A stretch of DNA of 37,646 bases, taken from positions 1-37,646 of IMG/VR virus record IMGVR_UViG_3300046807_000001; one strand, given 5' to 3'. The DNA comes from a virus. Taxonomy: Duplodnaviria > Caudoviricetes. A program made the translations under genes and the position numbers. The notes beneath the pieces were generated by a model, which was not told the DNA's origin, searched no databases, and worked only from the letters and a program-made list of their open reading frames with translations. Below are positions 24,609 to 33,941 of the stretch, one piece after another; position 1 is the first letter of the stretch; the number at the start of each line of letters is the position of its first letter.

Positions 24609-25124
24609 TCAAACAGATTGGTGAGGACAAACGCCACCGTTTTTATGCTTTCCCGTGTTGCAGTTCATACAGAGAACTTGGTAGCCTGGAGGAAATCCCG
24701 ACTTCCTAAGCCACTGATAAAAACCAATACCAGAACCTGCGTACAGACCTGATCTTCGTTCCTCAGCGCCATTGTTGTCAATATGATCTATCGAGAGAAA
24801 CATCGGTTCATTTTCACCGCAGCAGTTGCATTTGTATCCGCCATAGGCTTCAAACACTTGCGCCTTGCAAACCGCCTGTGCGCGTTTGGTTTTTTCTGAC
24901 TCAGCCTTGCGTATTGCAGCGACTTCTTCAGGTGTTCCATTCGCTAACTTGCGGTTGCGGTGTTCACGTTTATGCTCTCGGTCTTTTTCCCGATTTGCTT
25001 CACGCCAGTCCCGCATGCGTTGGTTAAACCGTTCCCGGTTTCGTTCTCTATATCTGGCAGATGCTTCCCTGTTGCGTTGCCGCTTCAGTTCCTCAGGTGT
25101 CAGATTTAAATTGTCACTCTCCAT
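24609..25124 (-). CDS. Zinc-binding HNH-type homing endonuclease between scaffold and coat
   Basis: Basic N-terminal helix; CNCCG, LSIDHI.N, QVLCMNCN.GK. Confidence 0.82.
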   Translation of the reverse strand: MESDNLNLTPEELKRQRNREASARYRERNRERFNQRMRDWREANREKDREHKREHRNRKLANGTPEEVAAIRKAESEKTKRAQAVCKAQVFEAYGGYKCNCCGENEPMFLSIDHIDNNGAEERRSGLYAGSGIGFYQWLRKSGFPPGYQVLCMNCNTGKHKNGGVCPHQSV

Positions 25125-25130
25125 TGTGGT

Positions 25131-25171
25131 TCTCCTGATTTCGGGTAATCATTGTACCCAATTTCAGGAGA
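25131..25171 (-). promoter_or_regulatory. RBS-sequestering hairpin of the HNH gene
   Basis: UCUCCUGA..GGGUA-loop-UACCC..UCAGGAGA ending 6 nt before AUG. Confidence 0.7.
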
Positions 25172-25179
25172 TTTAGCGG

Positions 25180-25965
25180 TTAACGAGAGGCTTGCAACTT
25201 TTTCAACTGTCGGGCACGTTCAGCTTCAATCCACTGCGAGGTCGTCATGCTCTTGATGGAGCGTGGGTCCGTAGTGTCAAGTGCTGGCGCTCCAGTGGAG
25301 CGTGCAGAAACAGGAGAAATCGGCGCAGGCGCTGACGTGGTTCTTTTTACGGGAGGTTCAGCTGCCAATTTGGCTTCGATCTTCCCGATTTCTTTCGCCT
25401 GTGCGAGTGGTGACATGCGTGAGATACGTTCCGCATCTTTGGGATTGGAGCCGAGGTAGTAAGCCAACTCGGGGCCAATGTCCGAAGACTGGATCGTTTC
25501 GGCCATCACGTTGGTGATTGGGAGCTTGGGGTTGTAGGCGACTTGTTCGAAGTCATCGTACTTGTCCCGTGCTGCTTCTTCACGTTCCTGATAGCTTTCG
25601 AGGACTTGCGACTGCTGCCGGGCGGCTTCACGCTTGGCGATCAGTTCTTCAGCTTTTTGAAGGGCCAGTGCTTCCGCATAGGCTTCAGGGCTTTCAAACT
25701 GGTCAGCGGTGGCTGCTGAGGGAGCTTTCAACACCTGCTGTTCGGCCTGGCGTTGCGCTTGTTCTCGTTCCCACTTACGTTGCTCTCTTGCGAGGCGCTT
25801 GCCGATCATCGCATCGATTTCAGCCTGGGAGTATTTCTTCTCCTCGACCGTTTCGGGTTGACTTTCGACGACTTCCGGCGCGTTTTCAGCATTCTCAGGA
25901 GTGGCCGTCACTTCTGGTGCAGGCGCGGAGTCTACTTCCGCTAAGGCTTGGACTTCTTCAGTCAT
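25180..25965 (-). CDS. Scaffolding protein
   Basis: Acidic N-terminus, coiled coil, GPELAYYLG.NP, upstream of coat. Confidence 0.85.
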   Translation of the reverse strand: MTEEVQALAEVDSAPAPEVTATPENAENAPEVVESQPETVEEKKYSQAEIDAMIGKRLAREQRKWEREQAQRQAEQQVLKAPSAATADQFESPEAYAEALALQKAEELIAKREAARQQSQVLESYQEREEAARDKYDDFEQVAYNPKLPITNVMAETIQSSDIGPELAYYLGSNPKDAERISRMSPLAQAKEIGKIEAKLAAEPPVKRTTSAPAPISPVSARSTGAPALDTTDPRSIKSMTTSQWIEAERARQLKKLQASR

Positions 25966-26013
25966 TTAAATGAACCTTTCGATTCCCCGGTCTACTGGGC
26001 CGGTACAGTCCTT

Positions 26014-26042
26014 AGATTATGCGCTAAGAAGTCGCTTGTCAA
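26014..26042 (-). promoter_or_regulatory. Sigma70-like promoter for scaffold/coat
   Basis: TTGACA (26037-26042) - 17 nt - TAATCT (26014-26019). Confidence 0.55.
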
Positions 26043-26048
26043 GATGGG

Positions 26049-27614
26049 TTACATCGCTGTGATTTCAGCATCATCGAAATACAAATCGCCAGGTCCAGCA
26101 AAATCAGCCATGTTTACAAGAACAATACTGTGCGTTGCCCAAGGAGGCGCAACAAGAACAGGATCAGCAGATTGCAACACTGTCCAATCCACAGTTGCAG
26201 ATGTAAATGTAATTGTGGTAGCGCCAGAGTCAAGTTGTTTGTACACGTACGGAACGCCAGTGGTAGGGCTTGACTGAATGTTTGCGTAGCCGAAGGATAC
26301 ATAAACAGTTCCGGTCTCTGTACCGGGTTTTTTGTAATACAGCTTCTTGTTCGATGCGCTGGATTTGTCTTGCAACGCACCAAGGATCACAAAAGAACAA
26401 GCCGATCCAGCGCCAAATGTTTTGGCAGCTTTGAGACTTTTTGTTCCGGTTCTGGCATATGTGGAACTGTTTGTGAGCGCAATGTTTGCACCAGTAACGC
26501 GAGATGTGATCGCAGCAGTGTCGGCGGAAATAAAAGCATCTGCGACAACCGTGCCCTCAAAACCACCATCAGTCAACAAATTGCCAGCCGCAGAGAGCAA
26601 CAACGGGTTTTGACGAGTGTCGTAAGAAAACGTATTGCTGACGGTGCATCGGCCTGCACCTGTTGCAAAGTAAGTGGCAGAACCAAGATTGTTCATGCTC
26701 ACATCACGAAACACCGCGCCGCCGCCCTTGTTTGCGGTTGTGTTGACGCTGACCGCACTTGTTGTGTTTGTACCAGTGCAAAGCATCCAGCCGCCCTGCA
26801 TTACGAATGTGCCGCCGTCCGCACTTCCAATGTAAATTGGTTCTGCTGCGTAAGTGCTGGCTTCAATGTGGCAGTTGTTCAAGTTGACACGGCCACCATT
26901 GATGTAAAAATGCCTGACGTTATAGTCAAACGAACACTGTGAAAACACAAACTCACCGCTTGCGTTTTGCATGTCAACCGCAGTCACCGTGCAATTGAAC
27001 AAGGTGCTGCCAAAATATGCAATGCGTTCACCAAAATTGGAGCCGGACGATGGTTGCGTTGTGGCAGTACCGCAAGCACCAATGTCGCAATTGAAGAAAT
27101 CAATGCAGTAAGCATTGCTGTAAATGGTATGACCAACGTAAAAATTTAACGTGCTTACGTTGACAAGTGAAATATGCGACGGTCCTGCTTCCACATCATT
27201 GTAAAACCGAATGCCGGATACAGCGGTAGTGGAAGCGCCTGGTCCCGTAACCAAAGCATTTGAGATTTGAACTTTACCGTTTGCATATGGACTTGCCGAA
27301 TCAGCGCCCGTGACATTTAACGCAAACCCCGATGTCATGTTTTCAAAATTCAGCGTGGCTCCGCTGAAGTCAATCGACATATACGTGATATTTATCGTCA
27401 ATCCACTGTCAAACCGGTATGTCCCAACGGGAAAAACAATGCGCTTGAATTCAGCGGCTTCGACAATACTATCCAACGCAGCTTGAACCGATGAGGTGAG
27501 ATCGAGAGTGGACGTATTGGCTTGGATGTCGGCAATTTGTGCTGCGCTTAAATAGTCAAAAATGTTGACTGGAGCACCAGAAATCATGGAGTACGAAACT
27601 TTTGTGAGCGACAT
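26049..27614 (-). CDS. Tailspike, parallel beta-helix (pectate-lyase-like) with C-terminal CBM-like domain
   Basis: VQAALD, FPVGTY, N/C/F ladder repeats, NLL.DGGFE, LYFDD. Confidence 0.82.
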   Translation of the reverse strand: MSLTKVSYSMISGAPVNIFDYLSAAQIADIQANTSTLDLTSSVQAALDSIVEAAEFKRIVFPVGTYRFDSGLTINITYMSIDFSGATLNFENMTSGFALNVTGADSASPYANGKVQISNALVTGPGASTTAVSGIRFYNDVEAGPSHISLVNVSTLNFYVGHTIYSNAYCIDFFNCDIGACGTATTQPSSGSNFGERIAYFGSTLFNCTVTAVDMQNASGEFVFSQCSFDYNVRHFYINGGRVNLNNCHIEASTYAAEPIYIGSADGGTFVMQGGWMLCTGTNTTSAVSVNTTANKGGGAVFRDVSMNNLGSATYFATGAGRCTVSNTFSYDTRQNPLLLSAAGNLLTDGGFEGTVVADAFISADTAAITSRVTGANIALTNSSTYARTGTKSLKAAKTFGAGSACSFVILGALQDKSSASNKKLYYKKPGTETGTVYVSFGYANIQSSPTTGVPYVYKQLDSGATTITFTSATVDWTVLQSADPVLVAPPWATHSIVLVNMADFAGPGDLYFDDAEITAM

Positions 27615-27622
27615 GTCGTTCC

Positions 27623-27979
27623 TTAAATGGCTGTAAATTCAGTTTCCCACGGCAACTTTTGTTGGTTTGTCGCCAAAAGAAACATTTTCAATGCTGTGTC
27701 AGCGTCATCATAAAATGCTTGCATGCTCAATGGATTGTAATGATTTGTAATCCATTGAATAACTTGTTCTTTTGTCAAGTTTTTGAATTCTGTAAATTCA
27801 ACAAGATTATCTAATACAAGATGCAGTGTTTTTTCAATTGCCGCACAATTGTTGTCGGAATCTGTTGCAACAATTAAAAAATCAATTGACTGCGCGACAT
27901 TCTGCTTTCCTTGAAATTCAGGAAGGCATTGAATTTTCACAATGTCAATACTATGTGCGTTGGGCATGATTGACGCCAT
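27623..27979 (-). CDS. Putative tail fibre assembly chaperone-like protein
   Basis: ATG 27979 overlaps the upstream TAA; F..F..LT.EQV..W and LPW motifs; AT-rich. Confidence 0.6.
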   Translation of the reverse strand: MASIMPNAHSIDIVKIQCLPEFQGKQNVAQSIDFLIVATDSDNNCAAIEKTLHLVLDNLVEFTEFKNLTKEQVIQWITNHYNPLSMQAFYDDADTALKMFLLATNQQKLPWETEFTAI

Positions 27980-28695
27980 TACAATGTAGTAAAAGATGCA
28001 GCCACAAGAGTTTTCCCCACACTGCTGGGATTTGGATATTGCATACCGTACCACGTAACAGTTGCGGCTGAACTTACTGTCATGTAGTTAAAATCAACGT
28101 ACACGTTACCGCTTCCGTATGTTCCCACATTGAGCCAAATTTCAACTGTTCCGTTGGTTGTGTTTTTGTAAACACTGATCGATAACTGGCTGGCTGGGTT
28201 ATATGTTTCATAACCCCAAGATGTACCAATGTTTGCGGTAGGTGAAGCTGAAGCGCCCACAACACCTTCGGCACGCACATACGTACGCAAACCACCGCCA
28301 TCACCAGTGTTAAATGCTTGAAACCAAAATGCGCTTTCTCGATACGCCACATTTTGTGTAAATTTTGCAATTAAATATGAGGTGCTTGAAGATGCACCAA
28401 CAATAGTGTCATTTTGACCAACAACGGCACTTGACGCATCTGGAAGAGTGACGCCGGTTGTTCCGTTAACCCATGCATTTTCTTTGAAATAATAACCATT
28501 GACCCCTTTACCAGCTGTGCTGATAGTAAGGTTTCCTGTACTAAGCGTCGCATCTGCCATGCTGACAGATCGACCCGCAGTCAAATTTGCAACCGTTACT
28601 TGTTTGGTTGTGCCACTTTGAACAACCGGCAAAGTCTCCGTGCCCGCCAACGGTGTCGTTGCGGAAGTTAATGCGGAGATCTTGCTGTTGCTCAT
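27979..28695 (-). CDS. Short tail fibre / receptor-binding protein
   Basis: KISAL.SATTPL.GTE.LPVVQSG.T N-terminus; variable AT-rich C-terminus. Confidence 0.7.
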   Translation of the reverse strand: MSNSKISALTSATTPLAGTETLPVVQSGTTKQVTVANLTAGRSVSMADATLSTGNLTISTAGKGVNGYYFKENAWVNGTTGVTLPDASSAVVGQNDTIVGASSSTSYLIAKFTQNVAYRESAFWFQAFNTGDGGGLRTYVRAEGVVGASASPTANIGTSWGYETYNPASQLSISVYKNTTNGTVEIWLNVGTYGSGNVYVDFNYMTVSSAATVTWYGMQYPNPSSVGKTLVAASFTTL

Positions 28696-29210
28696 GAATA
28701 GCTAACTTCAATTGTCGCGTTCAAAGGAGGTGCTTCGGAAAAAACCAAATTTGCGCCAGACAACGAGTATGTATTCTTTTGCTGGTAAATGCCGGTGATA
28801 TACACATCGGTCGTGTTTTCATTTGTGGGCGTGCCGCCCAACGCAAATGTGGTGTTTGAACCAGTGCCCGATGAATTGAAAATCACAGGCACTTGAACAG
28901 CTGTGCCGCCCGCTGCACCAATTCCCCAGATATTGTCCCAAGTGGCAATCAACACATCGCTGGAGTCTTTTAACACAAACTTATATTGCGCTGAAGTAAG
29001 CCAAATTTCGCCGCCATCTCCCACTCGCCCAGCGGAATCCAGGACAATTGGATTTGTGCGTGCTGTGTTTCCTGCAATCGTTGTGTACGTGGCCGCAGGC
29101 GTTGTTGTACCCGCAGCGTAGGTGTACAACTTGCCGCCGGACAACGGGACACCGTTGTTGGAAAAGAACTGGGCCGCAACGCCGCCCACGGGGGAGAGAA
29201 ACACGGCCAT
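28692..29210 (-). CDS. Tailspike attachment (head-binding-like) domain protein
   Basis: GVPLSGGKLYTYAAGTTTP, NPIVLDSAGR, YKFVL. Confidence 0.7.
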   Translation of the reverse strand: MAVFLSPVGGVAAQFFSNNGVPLSGGKLYTYAAGTTTPAATYTTIAGNTARTNPIVLDSAGRVGDGGEIWLTSAQYKFVLKDSSDVLIATWDNIWGIGAAGGTAVQVPVIFNSSGTGSNTTFALGGTPTNENTTDVYITGIYQQKNTYSLSGANLVFSEAPPLNATIEVSYS

Positions 29211-29219
29211 TTCTGATCC

Positions 29220-29486
29220 TTATTCGTAGACGATAGTGTATTCGATGGTGTTGGCAATGTCGATGTACAGACCCTTGCTAAACCAGATACCTGCGGGGAA
29301 GCTGAGGTACTGAGTGCCTGCGGCCACAGTCACCGTGTTGGCGATCTTGGGATCGCTGGTGCTGGCCGTGGCGCTGTCGTACAGGGCAAATGTGCCACTG
29401 GAGGTGCTGGAGATGAAGATGCCGTACAGCTTGCCTGCACCAACTTTGACTTGCGAGTCTGCGTTGCCTTGTTTGTAGAGGGCCAT
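29220..29486 (-). CDS. Hypothetical small virion-module protein
   Basis: 88 aa, beta-rich; SD AAGGA. Confidence 0.75.
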   Translation of the reverse strand: MALYKQGNADSQVKVGAGKLYGIFISSTSSGTFALYDSATASTSDPKIANTVTVAAGTQYLSFPAGIWFSKGLYIDIANTIEYTIVYE

Positions 29487-29495
29487 GATTTGTCC

Positions 29496-29858
29496 TTATG
29501 CCAAAAAGCGGAGTTTGTAGAGGGTCGTGAGGTACAGCTCCACGATATTATCGATCAACTGCTGCAACGAAGAGTCCGTCTTACTCGCCACATCGTAACG
29601 GCCTTTTTCGATCTCATCAAGCTGGTCTTGCAGGAACTCGATGATGTTGGTCGTCTTTTTGGCGGCAGGAATGGCGATGGGGCCAATCAAGCCATGACGG
29701 CCCTGGTACGCTTCGGCAAATGCGTCAGCGTGCTCAATCACTTGCTCGTAAAACGTGTTCAGAGCCATGTGTTTGGAGAAACTGCGGGTGTTCAAATGCA
29801 CTGAATGGGCCACATTGCGGCCCAAAAACAGCAGTCCTACGAATTGTGCTGCGTTCAT
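29496..29858 (-). CDS. Ferritin/Dps-like four-helix bundle protein (DUF5856-like)
   Basis: H..HL.T.SF..H.AL..FY....EHAD..AE.YQG; YKL. Confidence 0.75.
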   Translation of the reverse strand: MNAAQFVGLLFLGRNVAHSVHLNTRSFSKHMALNTFYEQVIEHADAFAEAYQGRHGLIGPIAIPAAKKTTNIIEFLQDQLDEIEKGRYDVASKTDSSLQQLIDNIVELYLTTLYKLRFLA

Positions 29859-32026
29859 TGCTGCTGCTCCATTTGCTCAGGCATCATCTCAGGCCCGACA
29901 TCCACGTCTTGACCAGGCATCTCGGCAACCAGGTCGCCCGATGTGATCATGCCATGCACGGTGCCAAGCACGATGTCTTGAATCTGCTCGGGCGACATGC
30001 TGGCTTGCACAGTCGAAATGCGCTGTGTTTCGGCTTGATAAGCCTTGACCTGCGCCTCGAAGTCCTTGCGCTCCAGATCCCGCATTTCGATGGATTTGCC
30101 CACGTTTTGGATCATCTGGTGCATGTTTTCCATCTCTGCACCCATCGCTTGGATCTGCTGCTCGGCAGCTTGCAGGGCTGGAGACTTGTCGTCGTCGGCC
30201 AAAATCTTCGGATCGATGGTCTTGGCAAAGCGCTTGGACATCTCCTGAGCGCCTGGCCAGTCCATGTTCTTGACGAACAGGTCGCCAGCAACTTGCCACA
30301 GCTGTGGGTTGCCTTGCAGCAATTGAGCCATCGCTTCCAGAGCCTCTTGGCGCTTGGTGGCGTAGCCTGGGCCAGTGATTGCCACCACGTCGTATTTGCC
30401 GACGCCGGGGTTGTAGATCTTTTCGATCACAATACCGCGCTCGTCTTGGATCTCGTTGACTGGCTGAGGCTGGTCAGGGTTGATTTTGACCATCTTCGTC
30501 TCGCCGTCTTCACCAATGATCCGGGCGATACGCTGGGTATCGTAGATCTTGGGGATCAGGTCGATCAGCTGACGAGCAATGTGACGCACGCCACGGGCCA
30601 GGTTGTCACCGTAGTGGTATGTGCCCACGTCGCCTTCACGCTGGCGGGCCAAGATGGCCTTACCAGAGCGCTCGTTGCCGCCGATGCCCAACGATGCGTT
30701 GTACTGGCCGGTGGTCGCCTTGATGTCCTCGGCAGCGCCCGATTTGGCTTGCAGCAGGCCAGAAGACGCCATTGGAGGCTGCGCACGCTGTGGCAGTGGC
30801 AGAACAGCGCCTTGACCATCTGTAACGTCAGGATTGACCTCCAGATAGGGCCAGTTGGTGGTGTTGGCAGTCTTCCACTTGTCTTCGTAACCCTCGAACT
30901 GGCCACCGTAGCCAATGAACGGGGCCTTGGGTGCCAACGCCAGCATCTCGGCTTCCTGCGACACCCAGTAGTTGTACATGCGCTGGGCGTCTTTGGCGTT
31001 GCGCACCAAACCGCTCACGTACAGACGGCCATCAACCTCAAACTCGTTACCGACAATGCGGATCACCGGAATCCACTTGCCAGCCCACTCGCGTTCTTCG
31101 AGGATCTCGTAGCCATTGATCTTGCAGTACCGCACCTTCGGGCGCTCGGACACACGATTGCGCTTGGGCTTGCCGTACACAGCACGCAACTGCTTGTCTT
31201 CGGGCGTGCCCTCAAACGCAGTCTGGTTGCCTGGGTACAGGTTGAGCGTGGCTTTGTCGTAGTCGATGTAGTAATAGTCCGCGATGCGGACTGTGTCCTC
31301 ATTCAGCCAGTTGCTGATCGACTGATCGCCCACGCCCAGCGACTGGAGAGTCGAGATGGGCGCTGCATCGGGGTACATGCGCTCATATTCCGCTTTGGTC
31401 ACGTCTTCCGTGATAAAGCACCACTTGGCGTCAGCACCAGTGGGGTCTTGGATCAGGGGGTCCATGTAGACCGAGAAGCTGTTGCGGATACGGCCGATCT
31501 TGATGTCCTGATCGAAGGTGTCGTCGTCGCAGTACTCGGTCAGCAGACGGATGTAGCCTTCACCATAGGCCACCTGGTTCTCGCAGGCGGTGTCGTAGGC
31601 CACGTCAGCATCGGAGATGTACTCGATGTGACGGATCATGCCGTTGAACACCTCGGCCACCTGCACATCAGCGTTGTCATCCACAGGGATGACCTTGGCA
31701 CCGGGCCGGTTTTGACGCTGGTCGTTGGTGACCTGGCGAACGTGCTGAGGCAGCTTGTTGATCGTGAGCGTCGGGCGGGCGTTGATGGTCTGGCCTTGGA
31801 CCGCACCACGGGTCGCCAGCACGTCGGCTGGCCACTGCCAATGGTTATCAGGCGAACCGGCATAAAACCGCAGGTCATCGATCTCGTCTTCACGGGACTC
31901 GGCAAGCGCCGAAACCGCCATATCGAGGCGGGCACGGGCGACAGTCAGAATGTCTGAGTCGGATTTCAGGGGTTTGCCACCAGCGGCTACGTTAGCTGCG
32001 GCAACGATGCCAGTTGGGTCAGCCAT
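29855..32026 (-). CDS. Portal protein, P22 gp1-like
   Basis: 723 aa; RF..G...QW, LTINK, GEGY.R, DAQRMYN, SGKAI.ARQ, GKYDV...GP; C-terminal coiled barrel. Confidence 0.93.
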   Translation of the reverse strand: MADPTGIVAAANVAAGGKPLKSDSDILTVARARLDMAVSALAESREDEIDDLRFYAGSPDNHWQWPADVLATRGAVQGQTINARPTLTINKLPQHVRQVTNDQRQNRPGAKVIPVDDNADVQVAEVFNGMIRHIEYISDADVAYDTACENQVAYGEGYIRLLTEYCDDDTFDQDIKIGRIRNSFSVYMDPLIQDPTGADAKWCFITEDVTKAEYERMYPDAAPISTLQSLGVGDQSISNWLNEDTVRIADYYYIDYDKATLNLYPGNQTAFEGTPEDKQLRAVYGKPKRNRVSERPKVRYCKINGYEILEEREWAGKWIPVIRIVGNEFEVDGRLYVSGLVRNAKDAQRMYNYWVSQEAEMLALAPKAPFIGYGGQFEGYEDKWKTANTTNWPYLEVNPDVTDGQGAVLPLPQRAQPPMASSGLLQAKSGAAEDIKATTGQYNASLGIGGNERSGKAILARQREGDVGTYHYGDNLARGVRHIARQLIDLIPKIYDTQRIARIIGEDGETKMVKINPDQPQPVNEIQDERGIVIEKIYNPGVGKYDVVAITGPGYATKRQEALEAMAQLLQGNPQLWQVAGDLFVKNMDWPGAQEMSKRFAKTIDPKILADDDKSPALQAAEQQIQAMGAEMENMHQMIQNVGKSIEMRDLERKDFEAQVKAYQAETQRISTVQASMSPEQIQDIVLGTVHGMITSGDLVAEMPGQDVDVGPEMMPEQMEQQQ

Positions 32027-32261
32027 TCAGGACTCCTAGTACGTGAGGCTCACGCATGACGACGTATTCTTTGCCCTCATGCTTGAATTCTTGCCCTACG
32101 CCGAAGTATAGATGATCACCGACTTTCAGCTCTTTGCAATCAGGGCCAGCAGACACGACTATACCCGTTTCCTGCTTTTCTGTCGAAAGAAGCTCGAACA
32201 TGGCGTGTTTTTCGACATCCACCTCGATGATGAGGCAGTTTTGCATGGCTTTGAGGGTCAT
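32019..32261 (-). CDS. GroES-like co-chaperonin (Cpn10)
   Basis: GIVVSAGP, LKVGD.LYF, EGKEYVVMRE..VLGV. Confidence 0.8.
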   Translation of the reverse strand: MTLKAMQNCLIIEVDVEKHAMFELLSTEKQETGIVVSAGPDCKELKVGDHLYFGVGQEFKHEGKEYVVMREPHVLGVLNG

Positions 32262-32407
32262 TTTTTGCTTTTCGGTGCTGATTTCTGGGCTTCACGCTTG
32301 ACGGAATAGGCAATCGCCACGGCCTGTTTGACCGGTTTTCCGGCTTTCACCTCGGCTTTGACGTTGGCGCTGAAGGCCTTGGGCGATGCAGATTTCTTCA
32401 GTGGCAT
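32258..32407 (-). CDS. Small basic protein (49 aa)
   Basis: MPLKK...GKP.KQAVAIAYS; ATG 32407 just after the terL stop. Confidence 0.75.
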   Translation of the reverse strand: MPLKKSASPKAFSANVKAEVKAGKPVKQAVAIAYSVKREAQKSAPKSKK

Positions 32408-32408
32408 T

Positions 32409-33941
32409 TTATGACCCCATCCATCCAGTTGATGCAGCGCTGCGGTCATATGTGACTTGGCGCGTTGTGTTACGAGAATTGTACTCCCCACGGCTGGCCA
32501 CGGGGAACGCAAACGTCACGGCCAGTGCGTCAGCCGCATCAGGAGAGGCCAGCCCACGGGCTTTCATCTCCTTTTTCCCTTCCAAAAAGATCGTCCCAGC
32601 CGAGTTGGGCTTCTTCATTGGGCCAATCAGATCGTTTCTGAGCGATCTGTCGTTGGGGATCGACGCCGTGCGCAGCCAATCGCGCATCGCACCCCAGATT
32701 TCAGCTCGTTTGTTGCCCCACATTACCGGATTTTTCGCTTTCCATGCAAAGTTGACCCCGCGCACTTTGTAACGCTGCTCGGTCAATCTGTCAAGGATGC
32801 CGTAGCCCAGTCCCCCCTCGTCAATCACGGTCAGCGCAGGCTTGTATTCCTCGATGGCGTCGATGACGTGCCCCACAACGCTCATGGTGTCTTCACCCTT
32901 GAGGCGCTTGATGGCCACGATGTCCCGCCCTTGGCGCACAAGGATCACGGTGCTGTCCATGCCGCCCCGCGCAGGGTCTACGCCGATCACGATCGGTGCC
33001 GTTTGGTCTTTCCAGCGCTCACGCTTCATGGCGTCCTCGACCACCACGGGCGAGATAAACTGGTCTTCACCGGCAGCGGGGAACTCACCGTAGACCTCGA
33101 CGCGGGCCTGTATCGAGTCTTCACCGTATTCAGCGATGATCTGGTCGTAGACGGCCTTGTCGGTGCCCTCGACGGTGCGGGCGTCGATGATCTGACCGCG
33201 CCAGAAGTCCCGTTTGCCATGGAATGTCTCGAAAAAGTACCCCGTGTTGCGCCGTGGGTTGGAGAACGCGAGCCAGTACCGGTCGAGGATCTTCTCTGTA
33301 AAGAAGCCCGCAGCCACTGACCAGATGCCGTCAGGGATACCGCTGGCCTCGTCAAAGATCACCATCATGCCGTCGTGGTTGTGGACACCGGCATACGAGT
33401 CGGGGTTCTCCTCGCTCCACAGCTTCCCCTCGGCAGACCAGTAGCGCGTGCCCTTCTTGAGGTCACGCTCGACCAGCTCGGTCAGCCACTGCGCGGGCAC
33501 CAGCTTCGTGGCCGAAGGCTCCCACCAGTGCGAGTTGATGGCCATCGTGGCCCATTTGGTCAGTTCGCCCCAGGTCACCGTGCGCAACTGGTTCTCGCTG
33601 TTGGCCGACACGATGACGGATGACCCGATCCTGGTAGACAGCATCCACAGGATCAGCCAGCTCACCAGTGCCGATTTGCCGATACCACGACCAGAGGACA
33701 CCGCGACGCGCAGGGCGTCCATGTCCAGCTTGCCCTGGTTGTCCTTGATGTGCGCCGTGATCTCGCGCAGCACCTTGCGCTGCCACTTACGAGGACCACT
33801 GAACTTCTCAAGTGGGGTGTTCTTCTGACCCCATGGGAACGCGAACAGGACGAATGTCTCAGGGTTGTCCTTGACCTGCGGACCCCACAGCTGGGTCATC
33901 AAGACCTGTTCGTCTTCAGGCGAGTAAATGGGTTTCTGCAT
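32409..33941 (-). CDS. terL: Terminase large subunit
   Basis: Walker A SSGRGIGKS, Walker B IFDEA, SNP, nuclease GVDPARGG.D, SPD.ADAL. Confidence 0.95.
   Translation of the reverse strand: MQKPIYSPEDEQVLMTQLWGPQVKDNPETFVLFAFPWGQKNTPLEKFSGPRKWQRKVLREITAHIKDNQGKLDMDALRVAVSSGRGIGKSALVSWLILWMLSTRIGSSVIVSANSENQLRTVTWGELTKWATMAINSHWWEPSATKLVPAQWLTELVERDLKKGTRYWSAEGKLWSEENPDSYAGVHNHDGMMVIFDEASGIPDGIWSVAAGFFTEKILDRYWLAFSNPRRNTGYFFETFHGKRDFWRGQIIDARTVEGTDKAVYDQIIAEYGEDSIQARVEVYGEFPAAGEDQFISPVVVEDAMKRERWKDQTAPIVIGVDPARGGMDSTVILVRQGRDIVAIKRLKGEDTMSVVGHVIDAIEEYKPALTVIDEGGLGYGILDRLTEQRYKVRGVNFAWKAKNPVMWGNKRAEIWGAMRDWLRTASIPNDRSLRNDLIGPMKKPNSAGTIFLEGKKEMKARGLASPDAADALAVTFAFPVASRGEYNSRNTTRQVTYDRSAASTGWMGS

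Noticed and set aside
29720-31957. 745-aa plus-strand ORF (also 23201-24709, 1053-2579, 4402-5790)
   Set aside because: Antisense shadows of strongly codon-biased real genes; no recognisable motifs
32700-32760. AT-rich codon patch in the terL nuclease domain as a homing scar
   Set aside because: Short, no adjacent endonuclease, and not distinguishable from noise by eye
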